A DNA stretch of 64,000 nt, taken from Octopus bimaculoides. Its lineage: Eukaryota. Every line of letters begins with the position of its first letter. Positions within the stretch are counted from its first letter, which is position 1. Below the pieces are notes generated by a model. That model ran no database searches, was not told the origin of the DNA, and worked only from the letters and a program-made list of their open reading frames with translations. The stretch lies in assembly GCF_001194135.2 (NCBI RefSeq), contig NC_068982.1, positions 124,222,313 to 124,286,312 of the forward strand. The letters run 5' to 3'. Shown in pieces: positions 1-12,500 of the stretch. Position numbers and translations under genes: made by a program.

Positions 1-421
1 AAATTCTCTCACAAGGCATTAGTCAGTCTGGGGCTATAGTAGAAGATACTTGTCCAAGGTACTATGCAATGGGGCTGAACCTGAAACAATGTAATTGCAA
101 GCAAACATCTTGATCACATAGCCATTTTACAAAACTTTGCTCATTTAGTTTACATGACCATCCCTACTCATCACCTCATGATTTTTCATTATATTAAATC
201 ATCATCATCATCATATGTCTGTTTTCTATTAAATGATGATGCTGATGGTGATGATGATGATGATTTTATATAATGAACAATCATGTGATGATGTGTAGGG
301 ATTGTTATGATGATAGATAATGATTTCTTTTGACTCGGTACACATTCCATTTTTCCTTTTTGTTATAGAAAGAGTTATAACTGATTAAATCATTATTCTA
401 TTGTGTTGTTTTCAATTTCAG

Positions 422-535
422 GAAGTACATCGACAATATGCAGGAGCTATTCCACTTTCCAAGCAGGAGAAATTTGCAAATAATATGATTCAGCTGCAAG
501 AAGATAAGTCCAAAATTGAAAAAGAATTAGTGGAG
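422..535 (+). CDS. CEP290: CEP290 exon a (EVHRQYAGAIPLSKQEKFANNMIQLQEDKSKIEKELVE)
   Basis: tttcag acceptor, GTGACC donor, 114 nt, phase 0/0. Confidence 0.92.
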
Positions 536-1239
536 GTGACCCATTTTTCTCTCCTATCAGACATGACACCATATATTTACCTGAATTTGTCTTGCTGAAA
601 ATTCTAGACATGCCCTTTGTATTTTCAAACTGCAAAATACTCTAAGTAGTGAGCCTATATCAATTTTCTAAAGGATTAAATAAGTATACAAGGTTTGTAA
701 GAAATAAAGAATACTTTTAAATCCTGAAAATGGCTCAAATTATTATTTGATGGTTGGTTGATTCTTACTTAGTTTATTCTCCTCATTTTTAGACATGAAA
801 AGTATTTTTACAGTATCTACATCCACGCTGTGATTATATCTGAGTGTCATCAGGTATCTTATTCCTGGATGTGTACATAGTCCCAGACAAGATTTGAACT
901 AGGACCCTTTATATCGCAACTAGTGGTAATAATACGATTATAATTTTTCAGAAAGATAGACTCATCTTCAGAGATGAAGCATTTTAAAATTTTCACATCT
1001 AAACTACACTTTGATCAGGTTGATCTCTTGGATTTGTATATAATGCTGAACTAGATCTGAAACAGGAAGCTTTATTTTTAAATGAATGGCAGCATTGCTC
1101 TTATCCTGATATCCCCCCATTCCATATGCATGCACACATGTATATCATGACTCATACACTGTTCATCTTCCTGACTTTTGTACATAATTCTGTGTAGTGT
1201 ACGTAGTTGTAATGTACCTGAGCACTATACACAATAATT

Positions 1240-1286
<47 letters not shown>

Positions 1287-3334
1287 GAGCGTGATCGTTG
1301 CCAGCGTCACCGTCCTGGCACTTGTGCTGGTGGCACGTGAAAAGACATTCGAGCGAGATCGTTGCCAGTACCGCTGGACTGGCTCCTGTGCAGGTGGCAC
1401 GTAAAATACACCATTTTGAGTGTGGCTGTTGCCAGTACTGCCTGACTAGCCTTCGTGCCAGTGGCACGTAAAAACACCCACTACACTCTGGGAGTGGTTG
1501 GCATAGAAACTCTGTAGAACTGTAGAAACTCTGTAGAACTGTAGAAACTCTGCCAAATCAGATTGGAGCCTGGTGTAGCCATCTGGTTTACCAGTCCTCA
1601 ATCAAATCGTCCAACCCATGCTANNNNNNNNNNCAGTCCTCAATCAAATCGTCCAACCCATGCTAGCATGGAAAGCGGACGTTAAACAATGATGATGATG
1701 ATTATTATTATTATTATTAATGATGATGATTATTATTATTATTAATGATGCTGATTATTATTATTATTAAAGGCGGCGAGCTGGCAGAATCGTTAGCATG
1801 CTGGGCGAAATGCTTAGCGGTATTTTGTCTGCCGCTATGTTCTGAGTTCAAATTCCGCCGGGGTTGATTTTGCCTTTCATCCTTTCGGAGTTGAGTACTG
1901 GAGTTGATGTAATCGACCATCCCCCTCCCCCAAATTTCAGGCCTTGTGCATATAGTAGAAAAGATTATTGTTATTATTATTATTATTATCCACTTGGCCA
2001 GTATGCTGATTGTTTATTTATCAGATTCACAGCGGATAACTGCCATTAGTTTAGAAATAAAGGTTCAGAAAAATTATAATCGTATTAACTTACTGACATT
2101 TAGATAATTAATGTTCCTACCCACTTATTCTAGTGATGAATGTGGACAATAAATATTACAGTTCACTACCACTGTCACTGTCATTGCCACCAGCACCAGT
2201 ACCACCACCAACAGCACCAACACCACCACTGCTACCCTCCCACGGTCACTGCGACTTCCCACCCACTGCTAACACCACCACCACCACCACCACCACCACC
2301 ATCATGGTTTAATACCTGCCCTACCATGTTCAGATCATTCATTGACCTGGAGGTGAATGAATGCTCTTAGCCAAGAACTGCCCCTGTAGTTATTTCACTA
2401 CAAAGAGAGAATTTTGTGGTACCTTATCCTGGCACAAAACCAAATTTCATCTCACCACCCACCCCATTCCTTCATCTCCCACCCCAACATTTTTATTCAT
2501 ATCTCCACCTCTCACATCCCTTCATCACATCATCACCCACTGACTCCCTACCTTCCATGTTTCTTCGTCTCACCATCTGCCATGTTTATTTATCTTCTGA
2601 TCACTCATATTCCTTTCTCTCACCGTGTGTCATGTCCATTCCTCTCATGCAACTCCCATTACATTCCTCCATTTTATTCAGGGTCTTAGCAGCATTATAG
2701 GCCCTGGGGAATTATCAGTGCACAGGGTCCTTATAGTATTTACTTATTGATGGCAAGACATATCGTACATAGATCAGAATTGAGCCCCTAGACCCATGAG
2801 CTGCTATATCTAGACCCACTACCTAGTGTGCCCAAATCTTAAGACAAGATAGCATTGATCTTACCATCCATCGTATCTCAGCATCTCACTCCCATAATAT
2901 TCCTTTATCTTACCGCTTGTCATGTTCCTTCATCTCTCGTCTTCCACAGTCCTTCAATGTCTGGCACTAACAACAAAAAAATAAGAGATAAAAAACTAGT
3001 CAAATGTTTTGTTATGTGAAGCAGGTTTTTACAATTGGATACCTTTCCTATTTTCAACCACTTTTAACAACAACAACAACAATAATAATAATAATAATAA
3101 TAATTTCCTACATAGGCACAAGGTTAGAAATTTATTGAGCCTAAGGAAACAATCAGTCATATCAAACTCAGTATTTAACTGGCACATTATCTTATTGACC
3201 TTGGGAAGAAGAGGGGTAAAGTCAACTTTGGAGAAATTAGTACTCAGAATGTAACTAAATACCGCAAAACACTTTATCTGACTCATACAGATGTAGATAT
3301 GATGATGATTTTGTTGTTGATGGTGATGATGATG

Positions 3335-3384
<50 letters not shown>

Positions 3385-6300
3385 ATGTCTGTGATAGCTC
3401 TAAATTACTACCAGCACTAAGACATGCCCCTCTCTCTCAGCTTGGGCATTTAAATAAAAACTGACCAGTTTGAAAGAGCTTGTTGCACTCCATGTGATGT
3501 GTTTGTTATTGTAGACAATTTTACAGAATTTATCTATTTACAATTTATATATTTACAATTTATATATATTTACAATTAAATTGTCCTGCTAGAGTAACAT
3601 GGAATTTTAAAAATTGTTCTACTGTTCTATTTTCACTGAGTAATATAATTAAATTACAATCATATTGATTATATTGATAAATTTCCTTATGATTCACCTA
3701 CAGATTGAATTATAAGTTCTCAAGTTTGATAACTATGGAAACAATATACATTATTATAACACATGTTTTAAGGGATGGAGGATTGGCAGAATTGTCGAAG
3801 CATCAGAAAAATGCTTTATGATATTTGTTCCCATTCTTTATGTTCTAAGTTCAAATCCCAGCAAGTTCGACTTTGCCTTTTGTCCTTCTAGGACCAATAA
3901 ACTAGAGTACCAGTCGAGTACTAGGGTTGATTTAATTGATTTATCCCACCCCTAAATTCTAGATTTTTGTGTCTTAGAATCAATTATTATCAACATACTT
4001 ATAATAGAAACTTTCTTTTATACACTGACAGGAGTTAATACTTGCTGTTACAAAATTTTCCTATTTCTAATCTATTTTTCTTGTAGAATTAGTTTTATTT
4101 GTCAAATAATTATTACCATCTTACCAATCATTGTAGTTCTCTTTTCCTTAATGTACACAGTTTCTTTGTGTATTTCTCAATGTTCATTTCTAAATCTAAC
4201 CAAGAAGATCGAATTTCCATTTTATTTTATCTCTACTGGTTTAACATAGATTTACATAACACATTTACTCTTCTTTAAGACTTTTGTTAGTGTATTTCTG
4301 CTGGAATACATTACTTTTGTCTTAATTTTAAAAATAATGAAAAATTTATTAAAATACCTATCATTTTTAAGCTGGTGTTTGGAACATAAATTAACATGAA
4401 ATTTTGATGGAAGTTTTTAATTTAGATCTCCTTAAAATTGAGAATTCATATCATAAAACTAGGGGTGGTCTCAGGTGTGTTATTCAAAAGGGTTAAACTT
4501 GTCATGTCAAGTTTTATTACTACACATATACCACCACCACCAGATACATCACGCTCACACACCCATACACAAACACACACTCACACACAAACACATACTC
4601 ACACATACACATATCTTTACTATCAGCAGTAAAGATATAAGTTCCTTAAACATTTCTTTGTAACCACATAATTGTCATCAGGTTCACCTTCATAAGTTTT
4701 CAAATTAGCAATATCCTTAGTTGTTTAGGGTGGCAGGCTGGCAGAAGCGTTAGCACGCCAGCGAAATGCCTAGCGGTATTTCGTCTGCCATTACGTTCTG
4801 AGTTCAAATTCCACCAAGGTCAACTTTGCTTTTCATCCATTTGGGGTCGATTAAATAAGTACCAGTTATGCACTGGGGTCAGTGTAATCAACTTAATCCA
4901 TTTGTCTATCCTTGTTTGTCTATCCTTGTTTGTCTCCTCTATATTTAGCCTCCTGTGGGCAATAAAGAAATAAATATCCTTAGTAGTTTAACAGAATGTA
5001 CATTTTCTGTTTCAGTGCTCTTTGCGCACTTGAAAGACATGTAAAATATTCCAAGTGATTCTATAGTATGCTCTTTGGTTATATTATCTCTATATCATAT
5101 GCTGGCTTCATGCCAAAATTTGAAACTATTATCTGTATATTATATATTTTTCCATTCACAACTTACTCAAGTATAACATTTTTTCTATGCTACAAAATGC
5201 AATACAAAAAAACCCTAGTAAATCTGATGAAAATTAGCTCAAGATGAAGTTGGTAATACAATGAGGAAAATATGCATCTCTTTAATGAGGTAAATCATAA
5301 TGTAATGGGAAAAAAATTGATTCATGTCTACAACAAAGAAAATAAATACCAAATGGTTATTTAAAATATCTAAAATATAGTGTGTTAAAAATCATGTTTG
5401 TGTTTGTAATTTCACACATGCTGTTAGGTCTATATATATTGTATTTTAATATTTAGCAATATATCTTCATTACAGGTTAAGGAACAACGCAGGCAAGTGG
5501 AGGATAAATTGGCAGAGTTAGAACTTCTCCAGTTGGGGAAGGAAGAGATGAAAGAGATAACAATTAAGGGAGGTCATGAAGGGGTTAAGAAGGTGGCAGA
5601 GTGGCATTCAAAGATGGAAACCTTACGTTTGAGTCAAATGAAGCAAACCCGTCAAATATCAAGATTACAAGAACAGGTAATATGTCTTATCTTCAGAATC
5701 ATTGTTTTGATGTTCACTTCTCCATGTTTGTATGGATCATTTACGAAACTTGTTGAGGCAAATTTTCTATGGCTCGGTGCTCCTCCTGCTGTCAAACCTC
5801 ACCTCTTTCTAAGTAAGGTAATGTTTTCCTTAGTCCTTCAAACAACGAACAACTGAAAGGCTGGATGTGTTTTCACTAAGCCAACTGATGTTGATGTTTT
5901 AACCATTTGGTCTATGCTTTCAAAGAGGTCTGGAATCAAAGAAGAAAATCTTTTATCACTTGGAAACAAATAAAGGTTCATTACACAGAATAATGTTATT
6001 TCCATGAAATTTTTAACATCTGAAAATGCTCTTGCTCAATCCAACATGTTATATGATAGAAAAATTACGGGTTATTTTAAAAGATAAAATTGGTTATATG
6101 GAAAATAAAATAAAATTAAAATATGTTTACACTCACTGATACACAACAATAATGTTTCCTTCACATATTGTTGAATATAATAGTTAGTAGAGCAAAATGC
6201 CTTGAAGTATTTACAATATATACAGAGAAACATTTCCTTTTCTTTTACTTGTTTCAGTCATCTGATTGCGGCCATGCTGGAGCACCACCTGTAGCTGAGC

Positions 6301-6554
6301 AAATTGACCTCAGGACTTATTCTTTGAAAACCTAGTACTTATTCTATTGGTCTCCTTTGCCGAACCGCTAAGTTTCAGGGACCTAAACACACCAGCATCA
6401 GTTGTCAAGTGATGTTGGGGGGACAAACACATGCATATCCATACATATATATTTATATAGATGTTTTCGATCTAGTTTGGATTCTTTGCCATCAAATTTG
6501 AATTCTTTGCAATCGAATTTGATGGCAAAGAATCCAAACTAGATCGAAAACATC

Positions 6555-6597
<43 letters not shown>

Positions 6598-9500
6598 ACA
6601 CATATATATATATATATATGGCGGGCTTCATTTAGTTTCCGTCTACCAAATCCACTTACAAGGCTCTGGTCGGCCCTAGGCTTATAGTAGAAGACACTTT
6701 GCCCAAGGTGCCACGCAGTGGGACTGAACCCGGAACCATGTGGTTGGTAAGCAAGCTACTTACCACACAGACACTTACTGGTCTTGGAGGGCCTGCAAAG
6801 GTTATGGGCACTGTTCCTTCCTTCAGATTCAGCAAATTAAGAAATGATATGTATTTAATATGTAACAGAATAGGATGCAGTGGACATTGTGAATGTAACT
6901 TGGTGCTCATTATTCTATCTCTCAATTTTAAGCATGATAATTATCAAGGACATTCTTAGATAAATGCTCAACTTGATAAGCAAAAGAGAAATACCAACTT
7001 CTTATGGTTACTGAAGCTACTTTTGTAACAGATTTCATTTCTTTTTTTTTTTTTTTGACTAAAAAGAAGTCTATTTGTATATTTCATATAATATTTTCAA
7101 TACTGTCAGATATTTCTTTGTTTCTCTTTTAGATATCACTGCATGAAAAAACCATAAAAAATCAAGAAGTGGCTATAGCTGATTTAGAACATAAAAATGT
7201 AAAGTTATCTAAAGAATTTGAAAAGCATCAACTTGACTGGGAATTCCGAGAGCAAGAGTTAGAAAGGACAATAAATAATTTGGAAAAACAAGCTTCAGAT
7301 TTTACTTCTGCAACTGCACAGGTAAGTATAGTAACTTATTAGTTTTCTTTGAATAAATCTCCAATGTTTGCTTATCAATTTGTTTCCTCTGGTCATTTTC
7401 CTAAATGGAAAATTATTGCTTTAATAAGTTAACTTCAGATATTAAACAATAAAACATTAGGCCTTTAGTTTGTTTTAACATTCATTGCAAAGGCCATGCT
7501 GGAACATAAGCTGAAAATAGCCCTAATAACTGATGTATTCTGGTCATGGGTTTCATTATCAAAATATTTTGCAGTTTATAAACACATGTACTGTAAAATG
7601 GATATTTTACATTATAAACTCTGTATGTAAATTTCAATGTGTTTTGATGCCCACACTTGTAGCATATATGGACAACTGAAAACAGTCTCCACATAAAACT
7701 TCTAAAAGTGCTTCTAAAGTCTGTTATTTAGCATGTCTGTTATTTTTATTATATTATTATATTTATATTATATTATTATATATTACATGTTATATTATAT
7801 TTATATATTATTATATTTATATAATGTCTGCTATTTAGCATGTTTACATGTCTGTTATTTTAGCAAACTTCAAATATTTTTTAAAAAATGGAAGAGGCAA
7901 AAAGAATGATTTTATCACTATTTCTCCATCAAAATTTGCTATTGACTAAATTCTAATGACTTCCAGAGTATTCGCATTCTTGACTTTTCTGAATCTAATT
8001 TAAGCTTTATTTTCACTGCAAATCAGTACTTTACATATGAACAGATACTGTTTTTTTTTTTTTAGCAAGGCCTAGTATATGAGGTGTATCAGTATGGTTC
8101 TCATAATTGGAAAGTAAACCCATACAAAATGTTGCTGATCTATATTGCCCCATCTACTTTGTTCATTTCATAAGGTTGACAGACAGTTCTGAAACTGTTA
8201 ATGAATCCTGTCAGTAATATGATTGGATGGTTTCACAAAACAGAATCTCATTTTCAATTACATCAGTTTCATACTTGTCAATCTGTAACTGTATCAATAT
8301 CTGGTCCTAGAGCTCTACCTTTTCCTGTCATCTTGATGGTATGTTCCACCTCAAATTTAAAAATTTTTGGTCTATTAAGGTTTGATGGTGAGGGCTTTTC
8401 AGGTTTTTCATCTTCAAATAAGTCTTCTGTCCATCTGGTAAGAGCTTGGCAGTCTGACTCCTGATCACAGAAGGCAAGCAACATAATAGTTTGGAGATGA
8501 AAGCAAACTATTTTTTATGAAAAAGTGATTCAGTTTATGTCATATATATTTAGTTGAAAGATGTAATTGAAATAAATTCTTTTTTTTTTTTTTAACTTTT
8601 AGTTTAATAAAAACCTTGGTAAACTGCCAGATACTTCCCAACCTGTGGCTGTTCAACTTGAGAATGCTATTGCTACTATAAAACAGAACATGAAAGAAAT
8701 ATCTGACACCAAAGCTCAATCTCAAGTTCTTAAAAAGGTAAGAATGGTTTAGAAATGAACATTCAATTCAAAATTCTTAATAAATTCACATTCTTGATTT
8801 TTATACTTTTCTTTCCTAAATATTATGAAGTAACTCGCTTTAGGAGTCTGGCTGAGGTTCTTCTCTATCATATCTCATACATGGTACCATCTTGGTTATT
8901 AAGAGAAATTGCTTCATTCAAGACATCTAAATCAGTATAATTTTAGATGTTTAACTCACCAATTTCAGCAACTGCCATTTGATTTTTGTAACATATATGG
9001 CTAATGTTTATATAGAAATATAATGTAATTTCTAAGGGTAGGATATTATAGGAATGGCCTCATATCATAGCTTGTCTTCAATCTTCACTAAATAGATATT
9101 CCAGTTAGTGGCAAATGTAAATAGTAATGGAAAGCATGTATTAGCTTATGTCCTCAATCTCCAGTTAAGGAGGGGTGTGTGTGTGCATAACTGTTCCTGA
9201 GACTGTTTATATGGTGTTAGGCAGAATGAGAATGTAGGTAATAAATGAGGCTTTTTTTTCATGATATTAAATGAGGTGGGATGAGGATTTAGTTATGAAG
9301 CTATTAAATACTAATTGACTAAAACTAGCTGGTCACATTTGTCAGTATTGGGGGTGGGTGTATAAATGAAATGCCACTTTTTGATTTCCCAAATGATAAT
9401 GAATGAATTATTCTCTTCTAAAGGTCAATAGGGCTGAGGAACCATGTCTTCCCATAGTGGTGGTAAGGGTTTTCAATAAGTGGTAGTGAGAGGAGGGTGA

Positions 9501-12500
9501 GTTCACTAAGGCAGCTAAGGTTGTGAACATGACAGTAGATTGTGCTGTCAAGTGTATTGATGGGGGTAGAAGGTTGTGCATATCATCTGCTTGCTGTGTG
9601 TTATGTAGTTATTTATTTTAAAACAGTTTGTTGGTTAGATATACATGAGATCATCTCATGCAAAATTTAACTCAGAGATGTTTGCCATTTGAGATTATAG
9701 ATATGTCTGTCTAACATGCATGTATCACTGATAGAACAGGGACTGAGAGAGAAGGTGGGATAAAATGAGAAATAATATAATGCTGAAAGAACATTCTAAA
9801 AACAGGTTTTATTAAAATTAGAATATTATTAAAATTACTAATAGAAATTAATTCTTACTTTTAAATTTATAATCTTTCATTCCAGTAAACAGTAAAAATA
9901 TAACCTTTGTATTTCATTGTTCATAAACAATTTCGATGTTGATGGTGATTTATTTGTCTTTGAACTAAAAATTATTCAATTATTTTAATACTAATTTAGA
10001 GAGTTGAACAACTGCAAGCTGTAGCTCAGGAGGCTGAAGCAAATCTCATTGCTAAAGACAAACTAATTGCTGAGATACGGCTTCAGATGCCAGCTACTGT
10101 GGATCGTGATATTTTCCTTAAAAATCTCAGTGTATCAAAGAATAAGAAGGCAGAATCCAATGAAGGTCATTTTGAAACCCAGCAAGCTATTAAAGTTGCC
10201 CATTGTGCTGTTTCAAGTCTTAAGGTTAGCAACATTGATATTTTTATTGCATTAAAAACTGAATATAGCTTATCATCATCGTTTAACGTCCGCTTTCCAT
10301 GCTAGCATGGGTTGGACGATTTGACTGAGGACTGGTGAACCAGAAGGCTACACCAAGCTCCAATCTGATTTGGCAGAGTTTCTACAGCTGGATGCCCTTT
10401 CTAATGCCAACCACTCCGAGAGTGTAGTGGGTGTTTTATGTGCCACCGGCATGAGGGCCAGTCAGGCGGTACTGGCGACGGCCACGCTCGAAATGGTATA
10501 TTTTACGTGCCACCTGCACAGGAGCCAGTCCAGCGGCACTGGCAATGATCTTGCTCAAATGTCTTTTCACGTGCCACTGGCACAAGTGCCAGGAAGGCGA
10601 TGAACGATCTTGCTCGAATGTCTTTTCACATGCCAGGAAGGCGACGAACGATCTTGCTCGAATGTCTTTTCACATGCCAGGAAGGCGACGTTGGTAACAA
10701 TCATGCTGGTGCTATTTACGTGCCACACTGGTACAGGTGCCATCTCGATTTCGCTTTCGTTTGCCCCAACAGGTCTTCGCAAGCCAAGTTTAGTGTTTCT
10801 ACAAATTTAGTTCAATTCCGATTTCACTTGCCTCAAAAATATTGACAACAGACATTTACAGTTGTTATAAAAATATTCTTTGTAAGTATCATCTAATGAC
10901 AGAATTTAACTAATTGATAATGGAAATAATTCCATATTTTTAATCTGGTTTCTATTTTTAGGCAAGGATCCAGCTGAAAGAAGAATCTATAAAGAATCTT
11001 CAAGAGCTTTTGAAAACTGCCCATGAGGATATGGAAAAAATGACCCAAAAACATTTTGAAGAATTGCAGTCTATGCAGTTAAAAATGCAAGAGAATGCTG
11101 ACAGATCTTATATTAAGTTTAAAGAAGCAGCTACAGAACTGGTTAATAAATCTAGCAAAGATGAAGCTTTTAAAAAGCAGGTAAATATTTTGTAAATAAG
11201 ATGTTTTAAAGGAGATTCATATATAAGTCCTGCCAACAGCAAGTATATGTATCATGCCATTACTGATATCCACATTTTGCCTGTTATCAGCTAATTAATA
11301 TGGTCTTCTTTCTAGTCAAATAACTTAATGAATTAGCTTCATATATTATTACTGTATATAAAGAGTACAGTAAAAATTGTGAAGTTTTCTTAGAGAATTT
11401 GTGCACTGCTGTAAAATTTGTAAAGGAGTAAGTCATATCAAAATTGGTTATTAATAAAGCAGACAGGTGTAAGTACAGTTTTGCTTTTGCTCTAATATAG
11501 ACATTTTCAATCAAAGCTTCCCACAACTATTCAAAATTACCATACAAAAACAATGCACTGAATGTGTGCATTTATACTTTCTTTTGCTTATGGTTGTCCA
11601 TTGAATTTAATGTAAACCATATTCTCCTTCAGTTGAGGATGCTTTGATAACAGAACATCCTAAATCCTCTGTGTACAGCTTTGCTTGTAGAAGGGACATA
11701 TGAATGTTTGGTTGGAATGTCTTAGTATTAATCTACATGCATGCCTCTTTTCTCACTTCTGGTAGAGTTTAAGTGCGTTTCTCATTCAGGTTTTCATCCA
11801 CCTCACTCAGTAGTGAGAATTCTGTAGAGGTGTCTTCAGTTGGTCTTTGAGCTACTTCTTTGGTCTTCCAGCCAGGCACTGACCATTGTGTAGAGGATCC
11901 TTTTGGAGAGATGTGAGTCAGACATACACATTACATGTCTGAGCCAATTCAGTTGAAACTTCTCAAGTATGGTTTTGATGTTGCTGGTGTTGTTACACTC
12001 AACCTAGACACATACTCAATAGCTTAAACCAATGATTATATAGACAAGTGATGCACGTAATCTACTCTAAAATTCAATTCATACATTATGTATCAAATTG
12101 CACCAAAGGAATATTTAGGAGACTAAACTATTCTGCTTCAATTGTTTCTCTCTGTGTTTAGATTTCACACACTAATAAGCCATGTGTAGTGACAATTACC
12201 TTACATTGATCGTATCTATCTTGTGTACTTTGTTCTAACAACTGGTAAGTCTTTGAAATGTATAAAAATATATTCCATGATAAATTGGATATAATATGCT
12301 TTGGCTCTATAAGGAACAGTATGGTTTCAACTCTTGGTGGAAATTATGTGTAATGTATTAGTGACTTCCAAACATAAATCTATAAATCTATTGGACTTTC
12401 TGATACAGAATTAATTTATAAATTCTGTAGTGAGTGTATTATGTAATATTAATATAGTTTTGATTATCAAACCAAAAATTATAACTAAAACAGTATTATA

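Noticed and set aside
1593-1666. Direct duplication cagtcctcaatcaaatcgtccaacccatgcta around the 10-N gap
   Set aside because: Typical unmerged contig overlap; an assembly artefact.
9050-9660. Possible decayed LINE with an ADD motif on the minus strand
   Set aside because: Too degenerate to assign.
10370-10845. Overlapping ORFs in C elements (also 1152-1467, 27185-27473, 53154-53408)
   Set aside because: Chance frames in the tandemly repeated RTE 3'UTR.
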